Origin: a candidate division FCPU426 bacterium
Lineage (GTDB): Bacteria > Oederibacteriota > Muellerivitia > Muellerivitales > Muellerivitaceae
Length of the DNA: 64,000 nucleotides
Direction of reading: 5' to 3'
NCBI GenBank assembly: GCA_963796105.1
Contig: CAWCKJ010000012.1
Coordinates: forward strand, 273,268-337,267
Shown here in pieces: positions 28,606 through 37,672 of the stretch (position 1 is the stretch's first letter; each line of letters opens with the position of its first letter). A program made the position numbers and the translations under genes. Under the pieces are notes generated by a model that was given only the letters and a program-made list of their open reading frames with translations, searched no databases and had not been told where the DNA came from.

Positions 28606-30534
28606 ATGTTAACTCAATCTTCCCTACAACCCAGGACTCTTTCGGCTTCAATTCGATCTTTTTTTATCAATCCTTGGTCCTGGGCACTAATTTCTTGTTT
28701 TCTTCTCCTGGTCCTATTAAGCGCACATATCATTCAAGACTTGGATTTAGGTTTTCACCTTAGGAGTGGCCAGTGGATTCTGCAAAATCACAGTTTTCCC
28801 GCCAAGGATACCTTCACCTACACAGTTCCCAATCACGATTATGTTGATGGCCATTGGTTTTACCAAGTCGTTCTTTACCTGCTCTTTATTACCGGCAGCT
28901 ATTCTCTACTTACATTATTTAATATTGTTTTAATAATCGCGGTATTTTCATTTCTATGGGCACGTCTTCGTTTAACCGCTGCACCAACATGGATAACCAC
29001 ACTATTGTTTGCATGGGCTATATGGGAATGTGAAATTCGTTTCCAGGTCCGGCCCGAAATCATTAGTTGGTTGCTTATGAGTATTATGCTTTGGGCATTG
29101 GAACAAAGAACGGCCCGAAAAAGGGATTTCCTTTTTCTTCTTCCAATCCTCCAGGTTGTTTGGGTCAATATGGAAGGTTTATTTATCTTGGGCTGGGGAT
29201 TGATGATTGTTTATTTGGTTTCCGGTATTTTCCATCAACACCGTGCAGATTCAAAGTTGGCGCGGTTTTCGGGCCTGGCAATGGTTTTATGCTTGTTAAA
29301 CCCTTATTTTTTCAGGGGGATATTATTTCCATTCCAACTTTGGCAAACACTTCACACGGAACTTTTCCACAAAAATATCAACGAATTTATGTCCCCTTGG
29401 GCCCATTACGATATTTCCATTATGCCGGTTGCCCAGTTATGGGGTTATAAACTATTCAGTTTCCTTTTATTGTTTTTGATCTTGTTCACCTGGAAGAAAC
29501 GGAAAATAAACGAGTTTTTCCTGATCGCCATTTTCTTTTATTTATCCGCAAACGCCGTACGGAACATTTCGCTTTTCATCCTCATTTGCCTGCCCATTAT
29601 GGCCGCTTGTTTGAAGGACCTGGAATGGGCATGGTTACGCAAAATAACGGAAGGGTTTCTATCACGGTCATGGGTTGCGTTGATCCTTATAACCCTACTT
29701 TTGGGTCTGGGTTTGCGGGTCATCACAAACGCCCATTATGTGGACGACCGCCGAACCGAACGGTTCGGCCTCGGGGCGAATGGTGAAAGCCAACCCGTTC
29801 GGGCCACGGATTTCCTTATTCAAAACCATTTAGATGGAAGGATATTGAATTCTTTAAATCCGGGAGGCTGGTTAGACTGGAAAGGTCCTCAAAAGGTATT
29901 TATCGATGGCCGTCTGGAGGTAATGGGCGAGAAACTATTCGCAGAATACATTTCAACCCAACACACAGGAAAAATAATATCCTTGGCAGACCAAATTTCC
30001 GCACAAATTCTATTTTTCAATCCAGCTATGTCCACGAGTTGGGTCGCTGATCTCCAAAATAACAGTGATTGGCGACCGGTTTACTTGGATGAGAATACCG
30101 TAATTTATCTGAAGAAAGGTTATGCGCCTCAAGTGCCGGCCCTTGACGATTCCAGAATCATGGCTGAATACAATATCCAGGTTCAGGTCCTGGAAAGGGC
30201 AACTGAATTCATCAAACTTCCCGAACCCACTATATGGAATTTTTTATTGCAGGGTTTTTACGTCCGGGCGAATTATCCAATCGGGATTTCAAATATGGGG
30301 ACTTTTTTTTTATTGGAAAACCATCCTCAAACTGCCGAGGCATTTTTCTTGGAAGCATTAAATCTATCAGGCGGAAAATATTTCGACCTTTACTACAAAC
30401 TCGGCGTCTTTTATTACTTAGCTAAACGGTACGACGAAGCCAAACTATGCTTGGAACGTGTCTTGAAAAACGATCCGAGCAATCCTTCGGCTCACTACAT
30501 TTTAGAAAACCTTCCACCCAGGCAGAAGATGTAG
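28606..30534 (+). CDS. Polytopic membrane protein with C-terminal TPR (GT-C-like)
   Basis: DLGFHLRSGQWI, RPE, WVNMEG, VFIDGRLE, terminal TPR helices. Confidence 0.75.
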   Translation: MLTQSSLQPRTLSASIRSFFINPWSWALISCFLLLVLLSAHIIQDLDLGFHLRSGQWILQNHSFPAKDTFTYTVPNHDYVDGHWFYQVVLYLLFITGSYSLLTLFNIVLIIAVFSFLWARLRLTAAPTWITTLLFAWAIWECEIRFQVRPEIISWLLMSIMLWALEQRTARKRDFLFLLPILQVVWVNMEGLFILGWGLMIVYLVSGIFHQHRADSKLARFSGLAMVLCLLNPYFFRGILFPFQLWQTLHTELFHKNINEFMSPWAHYDISIMPVAQLWGYKLFSFLLLFLILFTWKKRKINEFFLIAIFFYLSANAVRNISLFILICLPIMAACLKDLEWAWLRKITEGFLSRSWVALILITLLLGLGLRVITNAHYVDDRRTERFGLGANGESQPVRATDFLIQNHLDGRILNSLNPGGWLDWKGPQKVFIDGRLEVMGEKLFAEYISTQHTGKIISLADQISAQILFFNPAMSTSWVADLQNNSDWRPVYLDENTVIYLKKGYAPQVPALDDSRIMAEYNIQVQVLERATEFIKLPEPTIWNFLLQGFYVRANYPIGISNMGTFFLLENHPQTAEAFFLEALNLSGGKYFDLYYKLGVFYYLAKRYDEAKLCLERVLKNDPSNPSAHYILENLPPRQKM

Positions 30535-30630
30535 GATGTCACAATAATCTTTCCGTATTATTTGTGAAGCAGCGATGGTAATTCCACATCACTAGTCGGG
30601 GAAAAAATCTGGCGAGAGGAGTTAAGCAAC

Positions 30631-32082
30631 TTAATTGCTTAACTTTTTCCTTAAAACCTCGTTCACCATCTTGGGGTTAGCCTTGCCTTGGGTGGCCTGC
30701 ATGACTTTCCCCACCAGGAACCCGATGACCCCTTGCTTCCCGCCTTTGTAGTCGGCGACCACGTTGGGATTCTCGGCGAGAACCTTGTCCACAGCCCGCT
30801 CGATGGCCTTGGGATCAGAAACCTGGGCCATGCCTCGGGATTTCACCACCTCGTTGGGCGAGGTCCCGTTGTTGAAAAGTTCCAGGAACACTTCCTTGGC
30901 CTGCTTGCTGTTAATGGCTCCCGCCTCAACCAGTTCCACCAATTCGCAAAGCTTCTTCTGGTCGAACTTCAGGTCCTTGAGTTCCTTCTCTTGTTCCTTC
31001 ATTTGGGCGGCCATGTCCCCCATGATCCAGTTGGACAATCCCTTGGGACTCTTGGTCATCTTGGCCCCGGCCTCAAACCAGTCAGCCAATTCCTTTTCCC
31101 CGGTTAAAACCCCCGCGTCATAGTCAGGCAGGCCGTATTGGGAGACAAACCTGGCCCTTTTGGCTGTTGGCAGTTCGGGGAGTTGCTCTTTGATCTTTCG
31201 AACATAATCATCTGATAAAACGATGGGCACCTGGTCTGGTTCTGGGAAATACCGGTAATCATGCGCCTCTTCCTTGGAACGCATGGGTTTTGTCCGGTTC
31301 TCCGTCACGTCCCAAAGGCGGGATTCCTGCACGACTCTTTCCCCTTTTTCCAAAAGGGCGATCTGGCGCTTGATTTCGTAATCAATGGCCTGCTTGGCGA
31401 ACTTGAAGCTATTCATGTTCTTGATCTCGGCCTTGGTGCCGAATTCCTTGGAGCCTTTCGGCATCACTGAGACGTTGGCGTCGCAGCGAAGGGAACCCTC
31501 CTCCATGTTGCAGTCGGAAACCTCGATATAAAGAAGGATATTCTTGAGAGCCGTCAGGTAAGCATGGGCCTCCTCGGCGCTTCTGAGATCCGGTTCGGAA
31601 ACGATTTCCACCAAGGGAATACCGCCTCGGTTGTAATCAGCTAAAGAATAATCCGAGGAATCCAACCGCCCGGCTTTGCCGCCCGCGTGAATCAACTTGC
31701 CGGCGTCCTCTTCCATATGGGCCCTAGTGATCCCTATCCTTTTCACGCCTTCCTTGGTAGTTATCTCGAGCGAGCCGCCGATATTGAGGGGTTTGTCGTA
31801 TTGTGAAATCTGGTAGGCTTTGGGCAGGTCGGGATAATAGTAGTTTTTGCGGTCCATCTTGGCGAACTTCGAAATCGTGCAGTTTAGGGCCTGGCCGATC
31901 TTGACCGCGAACTCCACGGCTTTCTCATTCATCACAGGCAAGGTCCCAGGCAAGCCCAGGCAAACTGGGCAAACCTGCGTATTGGCCTCGTTGCCAAAGG
32001 TCGTGGCGCAACCGCAAAATAACTTTGTGGCGGTCTTTAGTTCGACGTGGACCTCAAGACCTATTACCGGCTCGTACTCCAT
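30631..32082 (-). CDS. gatB: Asp/Glu-tRNA amidotransferase subunit B
   Basis: IGLEVHVEL, CLGLPG, YPDLPK, HMEEDAGK, DYRYFPEPD. Confidence 0.98.
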   Translation of the reverse strand: MEYEPVIGLEVHVELKTATKLFCGCATTFGNEANTQVCPVCLGLPGTLPVMNEKAVEFAVKIGQALNCTISKFAKMDRKNYYYPDLPKAYQISQYDKPLNIGGSLEITTKEGVKRIGITRAHMEEDAGKLIHAGGKAGRLDSSDYSLADYNRGGIPLVEIVSEPDLRSAEEAHAYLTALKNILLYIEVSDCNMEEGSLRCDANVSVMPKGSKEFGTKAEIKNMNSFKFAKQAIDYEIKRQIALLEKGERVVQESRLWDVTENRTKPMRSKEEAHDYRYFPEPDQVPIVLSDDYVRKIKEQLPELPTAKRARFVSQYGLPDYDAGVLTGEKELADWFEAGAKMTKSPKGLSNWIMGDMAAQMKEQEKELKDLKFDQKKLCELVELVEAGAINSKQAKEVFLELFNNGTSPNEVVKSRGMAQVSDPKAIERAVDKVLAENPNVVADYKGGKQGVIGFLVGKVMQATQGKANPKMVNEVLRKKLSN

Positions 32083-32094
32083 AACCTCTCCTAA

Positions 32095-32212
32095 AATTCA
32101 GTCGAGAATTCTCAATTTTAAATTCTTAATTTTGAATTTAGGAAAATTTCAATCCTTACTCCGGATTGAAATTAACATCAATTTAAAATTCAAAACTCAA
32201 AATTTATAATTC
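32095..32212. repeat. AT-rich heptamer inverted repeat between gatA and gatB
   Basis: TTTTAAATT/TTTTGAATT units mirrored by AAAATTC/AAAACTC units. Confidence 0.6.
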
Positions 32213-32213
32213 G

Positions 32214-33683
32214 TCATCCTTCCTTCAAGGAAGGATGACGCAAGTGCCATTCCGTTGCCTGCTCGTAAGCGTAAGCGGTCCTAAACAACGTTCCCTCGTC
32301 AAAAGGTTTTCCGATCAACTGCAATCCGATAGGAAGATCACTCTTGGAAAACCCGCAGGGAATGGATAAGCCCGGCAGGCCTGTGATGTTGATGGAAACC
32401 GTGAAAACGTCCTCCAGGTACATGGTCAGAGGGTTGTCGGTTTTTTCCCCGAAACGAAACGCGGGGTTCGGGGCGGTTGGGGTGGCAATGACATCCACCT
32501 TCTCGAAAACCCTGTCGTAATCCTGCTTGATCAACCGCCGGACCTTGAGGGCCTTCAGGTAATAGGCGTCGTAATAGCCCGAGGAAAGGGCGTAGGTTCC
32601 CAGCATGATGCGGCGTTTGACCTCGGGCCCGAATCCGGCCGCCCTGGTCTTGGAATACATATCCACAATATTCTCGCCCGGTACCCGCAGGCCGTACCGG
32701 ACGCCGTCGTAGCGGGCCAGGTTGGAGGACGCCTCGGAGGGCGCCAGAATGTAGTAAACAGCCAAGCCATAGGGCGCTGTAGGCAAGGAGACTTCCACGA
32801 TCTGGGCTCCCTGCTTTTCAAGTTCCCCGATAGCCTTCCGAACAGCTTCGGCCACTTCCGGGTTCAAACCCTCGGAGGAAAAGAATTCCTTCGGCACCCC
32901 GATCTTCATGCCCTTGACGGGCTTTTTGGCTTCCGAAACATAGTCTGGAACCGGCACATTCGCCGAGGTGGAATCCTTGGGATCATGGCCCGCGATGGCG
33001 CCCAACATCAAGGCGCAATCCTCCACGTCCTTGCCGAAGGGGCCGACCTGGTCGAGGGAAGAAGCGAAAGCGATCAAACCGTATCGGGAAACCCGTCCAT
33101 AGGTGGGTTTGAGGCCCACAATGCCGCATAGGGAGGCAGGTTGGCGAATGGAACCGCCAGTATCCGATCCCAGCGACGCGAAGGCCTGGTCAGCGGAGAC
33201 ACAAGCGGCGGACCCGCCGGAGGATCCCCCTGGGACGCAGTTCAAATTCCAGGGATTCTTTGTTTTTTTGAAATAAGAGGACTCGGTGGAAGAACCCATG
33301 GCAAATTCATCCATGTTGGTCTTTCCTACCGATACAGACCCCGCGGAGTAAAGCTTCTCGACCACCGTAGCGTTATAAGGGGGGACAAAGTTCTCAAGCA
33401 TTTTGGAGGCGCAGGTCGTTCGAGTGCCCTTGGTGCAAAGCAGGTCCTTGATAGCGATAGGAACGCCCGTCAGGGGGGTCAGGTCCCGGCCCGAAGCTAA
33501 GCGTTTATCCGCTTCACCGGCCTGCTTCATAGCCTCATCCCGGGTTATGGTAATAAAGGCTTGAACCTTGGGCTCCACCTTTTCCAGGTGGTCCATGACG
33601 GTCTTGGTCAACTCGACCGAGGATATCTTCTTGGCCCTCAGGTCCGCCGAGATTTCATGAAGTGTTTTTTGGTACAGTTCCAT
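32214..33683 (-). CDS. gatA: Asp/Glu-tRNA amidotransferase subunit A
   Basis: Amidase signature [32 protein letters not shown]. Confidence 0.98.
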   Translation of the reverse strand: MELYQKTLHEISADLRAKKISSVELTKTVMDHLEKVEPKVQAFITITRDEAMKQAGEADKRLASGRDLTPLTGVPIAIKDLLCTKGTRTTCASKMLENFVPPYNATVVEKLYSAGSVSVGKTNMDEFAMGSSTESSYFKKTKNPWNLNCVPGGSSGGSAACVSADQAFASLGSDTGGSIRQPASLCGIVGLKPTYGRVSRYGLIAFASSLDQVGPFGKDVEDCALMLGAIAGHDPKDSTSANVPVPDYVSEAKKPVKGMKIGVPKEFFSSEGLNPEVAEAVRKAIGELEKQGAQIVEVSLPTAPYGLAVYYILAPSEASSNLARYDGVRYGLRVPGENIVDMYSKTRAAGFGPEVKRRIMLGTYALSSGYYDAYYLKALKVRRLIKQDYDRVFEKVDVIATPTAPNPAFRFGEKTDNPLTMYLEDVFTVSINITGLPGLSIPCGFSKSDLPIGLQLIGKPFDEGTLFRTAYAYEQATEWHLRHPSLKEG

Positions 33684-33702
33684 TTTTTCCTCAAACAACC
33701 CT

Positions 33703-33987
33703 TTACATTATTTTCGGTACTTTAAAATGCCCGGCTTGAATTTCCGGGCCATTGGACAACACCTCCGCTTGGGTCAAAGAGGGCTTTACTTCGTCAGGCC
33801 GGAACACGTTTTTCAAATCCAGCACATGGGCCATGGGCTCCACGTTTGTGGTGTCGAGCTGGTTGAGCTGTTCTATGTAATTGAGGATATTCCCGAGCTG
33901 CTGGGTGTACTTGGCGGTTTCCGCCTCGGTCACTTCCAGGCGGGACAATTTCGCCACGTATTGGACGTCTTTTTCGGATAAGGCCAC
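33703..33987 (-). CDS. gatC: Asp/Glu-tRNA amidotransferase subunit C
   Basis: [21 protein letters not shown]; upstream of gatA. Confidence 0.95.
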   Translation of the reverse strand: MALSEKDVQYVAKLSRLEVTEAETAKYTQQLGNILNYIEQLNQLDTTNVEPMAHVLDLKNVFRPDEVKPSLTQAEVLSNGPEIQAGHFKVPKIM

Positions 33988-34056
33988 TTGTTTCTCCTTT
34001 TCTTGAAAGGACGCTTATCTTCCCAAAAAGTGAAAAAATTTTCCAGCAAAGAGTGC

Positions 34057-34389
34057 CATGCCTATGTACAAAGCATCTGCGGTCTATTGATTTTTTTAAC
34101 CTTCCCCCTCTGAAAGAGGGGGATAGAGGGGAAGTTAGCCTCTGGGTGTTACACAACAAAAGCTAATACCCCCTACCCCCCTTTTTCAAAGGGACTTATT
34201 TACTTCACTCCCGAAAGGCCGATATGCCCGCAAATAAACAAAAAACGCCTGAAAAAAAGAAGGCAAAAGAAGGAAAAGGGAGTTAACTATATAAGCCCCT
34301 TTTCAAAGGGGGGATAACTTTGTAAACATCGAATCAGATAAGCACTTGCCGAACCTGAGTAAATCGCAGGTGCTTAGTACATAGGCATA
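34057..34389. mobile_element. MITE with ~24-bp TIRs and 8-9-bp target duplication
   Basis: ATGCCTATGTACAAAGCATCTGCG vs reverse complement ATGCCTATGTACTAAGCACCTGCG; flanked by (A)AAGAGTGC on both sides. Confidence 0.8.
34103..34193. repeat. Double-hairpin REP-like repeat, copy 2 (nested in the MITE)
   Basis: Matches 15798-15893. Confidence 0.85.
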
Positions 34390-34473
34390 AAGAGTGCTAA
34401 TAAAATCCAGGGATTTCGGAAATTTGGAAGCTTTAAGGGACTACACCAGACCATAGATGGCGAGTTTTATCCT

Positions 34474-36675
34474 TTATTCGATTTTTTCCAGGTTCGCCAA
34501 TTTGGCCAACAGCAATTTTTTACCGTGGTTGGGGAAAGACACTGTCACCTTCAGATTCTCACCCGATCCGGACAGGGAAATCACCATTCCCCTGCCGAAT
34601 TTCTTGTGCTTGACCGTATCCCCCAAAGCGAAAGGGGATACCGGAGGCTCGTCGTCCCATTCGGGGTCCCTCAACTCGTCGAATTCCTTCTTGGTATTGG
34701 CCACCTCGTATAATCCGCCTTGGGTGGCCACGATATGGGCCGCCTTGCCGGTAACCCGGATCATGTCCTTAGGGATCTCGGATAAGAACCGCGAGGGCGA
34801 CCGCCACTGGGCGGTCCCATAGACGTATCGGCAGGCGGCCCCGGTCAGGTAAAGGATATCCATGGCGCGGGTCATGCCCACGTAGCAAAGACGCCTCTCC
34901 TCCTGGACTTCGTTGTCCTCCTCCATGGAATTGTTATGGGGGAATAAGCCCTCCTCCATGCCAGTGATGAAGACAATGGGAAATTCCAGCCCCTTGGCGT
35001 TGTGCATGGTCATGAGGGTCACGCAATTGGTCTTGTCCTCCAGCTTGTCCACGTCGGCGACCAGGGAAACCTGGTCCAGGTATCCCACCAGGGTAGGCGC
35101 CTCCGCGGACTTCTCATAATCCACTACCGAGTTCACCAATTCCTTGAGGTTCTCGGCTCGCATTTTGGATTCCAGGGTGTCATCCGCCGCCAGGTCCGTC
35201 AGGTACCCGGAGCGCTCTAGGACCATCTTCACGAATTCCGAGGGCTTGACCAGGTCCCGTTCCGCGATCAAGGCGTCCATCATCGCCACAAAGTTGCCCA
35301 GCGCCTGGGTAGCTTTCTTTGGGAATTCGCCGTTCGCGGCGGCCTGCCTGGCCGCCTCCAACAAGGTGATGTCCTGCCTCTTGGCGTTCTCTTCCAGTTT
35401 ATTCACGGTCCCGCCGCCAATTCCCCGGATGGGAACGTTGATCATCCGCCTCAAGGAAACCGAGTCCTGGGGATTCACCAAGACATGCAGGTAGGCCAGC
35501 ATGTCCTTGATTTCCTTGCGGTCATAGAACTTGAGGCCCCCCACAATGATGTAGGGAATATTGTGCCTCCGGCAGGCGTCCTCCAAAACCCGGGATTGGG
35601 CGTTGGTGCGGTATAACAGGGCCACATGCCGGAATTTTCTGCCGGGCTGGCCTAGGCGCTCATAGAGGGTCTTGACCACGAACTCGGCCTCATCCTTGTC
35701 ATCCTCGGCCTGGTAATAAATGGGCAGTTCCCCCAGTTCCCGGAGGGAGAAAAGCTCCTTTTCCTTGCGCTGCGAGTTGTTGCGGATCACCGCCTGGGCC
35801 GCCTGGATAATGGACTTGGTGGAACGGTAGTTCTGCTGGAGCTTGAAGACCCTGGCCCCCGGGAAATCATGCTCGAATTTGAGGATGTTGCGGATATCCG
35901 CCCCCCTCCAGCCGTAGATGGACTGGTCCGGGTCCCCCACCACGCAGAGGTTGTTCAGGGGATGGGCTATCATGGAAATCAGCTGGTATTGGGCGGTATT
36001 GATGTCCTGGTACTCGTCCACCAGGACATACTCGAACCTTTTGCGGTATCCCTCCAAAATTTCCGGGTATTTCTGGAGGAGTAGCACCGCGTTGAAAAGA
36101 AGATCGTCAAAATCCATGGCGTTGTTTTCCTTGAGCTTCTCCTGGTACCGGGGATAAATCATGGATACCCGCTCCATGAAAACACCCGCCGCCATTTCCT
36201 CGTACTCTTTCGGGTTTTTCAGCTCGTTCTTGGCTGCGCTTAGGAAAGAATGCACGGCATAGGGATGGACTTGTTTCTCATCCCATTTCAGGTCCCAAAG
36301 GCATTCCTTGATGAGCGCCTTTTGATCCGAGTCGTCATAGATGGTGAACCCTGGCTTATAGCCCAGCTTATCCGCGTGAAGTTTAAGGATTTGAAGGCAA
36401 AGGCGGTGGAATGTGCCGATGAAAAGCTCCCAGGTCTTTTGATTCCCCGCCATATTGGCCACGCGGTTCTTCATTTCCTGGGCGGCTTTATTGGTAAAGG
36501 TGACCGCGAGGATCCGGAAAGGCGAAACCTTCAAATCCTCGATTAATCGGATGATGCGATAAGTGATAACGCGGGTTTTTCCAGAGCCTGCTCCCGCCAG
36601 GATCAGGGCGGGGCCGGCGTTATGGAGGACCGCTTCCCGCTGTTCATCGTTTAATTCGTTGTAAGCCCTTTTCAA
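34474..36675 (-). CDS. pcrA: ATP-dependent DNA helicase PcrA/UvrD
   Basis: AGAGSGKT, DEYQD, GDPDQSIY, QNYRST, HNAKGLEF, EERRLCYVGMTRA. Confidence 0.96.
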   Translation of the reverse strand: MKRAYNELNDEQREAVLHNAGPALILAGAGSGKTRVITYRIIRLIEDLKVSPFRILAVTFTNKAAQEMKNRVANMAGNQKTWELFIGTFHRLCLQILKLHADKLGYKPGFTIYDDSDQKALIKECLWDLKWDEKQVHPYAVHSFLSAAKNELKNPKEYEEMAAGVFMERVSMIYPRYQEKLKENNAMDFDDLLFNAVLLLQKYPEILEGYRKRFEYVLVDEYQDINTAQYQLISMIAHPLNNLCVVGDPDQSIYGWRGADIRNILKFEHDFPGARVFKLQQNYRSTKSIIQAAQAVIRNNSQRKEKELFSLRELGELPIYYQAEDDKDEAEFVVKTLYERLGQPGRKFRHVALLYRTNAQSRVLEDACRRHNIPYIIVGGLKFYDRKEIKDMLAYLHVLVNPQDSVSLRRMINVPIRGIGGGTVNKLEENAKRQDITLLEAARQAAANGEFPKKATQALGNFVAMMDALIAERDLVKPSEFVKMVLERSGYLTDLAADDTLESKMRAENLKELVNSVVDYEKSAEAPTLVGYLDQVSLVADVDKLEDKTNCVTLMTMHNAKGLEFPIVFITGMEEGLFPHNNSMEEDNEVQEERRLCYVGMTRAMDILYLTGAACRYVYGTAQWRSPSRFLSEIPKDMIRVTGKAAHIVATQGGLYEVANTKKEFDELRDPEWDDEPPVSPFALGDTVKHKKFGRGMVISLSGSGENLKVTVSFPNHGKKLLLAKLANLEKIE

Positions 36676-36711
36676 ACTTTACCCTTTTTCCGCCATTTTT
36701 TTACGTAAGGA

Positions 36712-36923
36712 CACACCTGTCCAAAATAGACTTTAGCCACAGATGCATGGGATACATGGGATTTAAAAAACATAAGTTTAAAGCCTTTTTTCTATATTCT
36801 ATCCAAGTGCATCCCCTGAATCCGTGGCAAAGGGCTTGGTTTTGCTTAACGCCTTTTAGAATTTAAAATATCTGATTTTATTTATCTTTGTTCCTTGGTT
36901 TGTGTTTAATTTGGACGGCAATG
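36712..36923. mobile_element. MITE-like element (empty form of 21712-22003)
   Basis: Imperfect TIR GTCCAAA/TTTGGAC; flanks ACGTAAGGA / ACGTAAAGA; internal GCCACAGAT...ATCCGTGGC palindrome. Confidence 0.75.
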
Positions 36924-37109
36924 ACGTAAAGAATGAAAACTAAAGGAGCAAAGGTACCACAATTCATACTATGGAAAATATATTAGTGATGCCCTCATGT
37001 CTGAATTTTTCAAAATTTCCCTTTTGAAAAGGATGAGATAATACACCCCCTTCAATCCTAAAAGCCAATCCGCCGGTAAAAACAATCAGTTCGAATTATC
37101 CATAGAAAT

Positions 37110-37144
37110 AAAAAAATCCCACGGATGATGGCGCCGTGAGATTT
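37110..37144 (-). terminator. Rho-independent terminator after the PilZ gene
   Basis: aaatcccacgg...ccgtgagattt stem with a minus-strand T tract. Confidence 0.55.
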
Positions 37145-37173
37145 AGATTTCAAGACTAAGCCAGCCGGGATGA

Positions 37174-37536
37174 CTACTCTTTCATGTTTTTTGAGACAAG
37201 ACCCCGAATGGCATTCCGGACTTCTTCATCCAATAAGAGGAACTGGAGTCCGCAAAGGCCTTGGGCCTTCCAGATCAGCTTTCCATATAGATCCAGGCTC
37301 TTATCCTTAAAATCGATTTTTAACTTCAGGATGGAAGGAGGATTGTGGTTATCGCTTAATTCAAGACGGATCCCCCCCTCGCTGATATTCAGGGATTGGA
37401 CCGTATGGGGCAAATCGTTCACTTCAAAGACATTCCCGGATTTGGACTCCAATACATCGTGGACAGTGATTTTCTCGTGAAACTTCACTCGGGTGTGTTT
37501 GCGCCGCTCGGATTTATCGGGGTTTAGGTTAACCAA
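37174..37536 (-). CDS. Stand-alone PilZ domain protein
   Basis: RxxxR (RRKHTR) and NxSxxG (NISEGG) motifs. Confidence 0.88.
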   Translation of the reverse strand: MVNLNPDKSERRKHTRVKFHEKITVHDVLESKSGNVFEVNDLPHTVQSLNISEGGIRLELSDNHNPPSILKLKIDFKDKSLDLYGKLIWKAQGLCGLQFLLLDEEVRNAIRGLVSKNMKE

Positions 37537-37672
37537 GACAATTCCTTTTGGATGTACTTGGTTAAACGGTAAAACAAAGGGGAAGATACTGTCAAGTAAA
37601 ACCTAAAACGTTTTAAAAAAATCAAAATATTCAATTAATTTGACGAGCCGTTTATCTAAAAGGAATCGCTGA

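Noticed and set aside
34374..34400. CIRCE-like element TTAGTACAT-N9-GAGTGCTAA
   Set aside because: Left arm matches only 6/9 and is formed by the MITE end plus target duplication; no chaperone gene nearby
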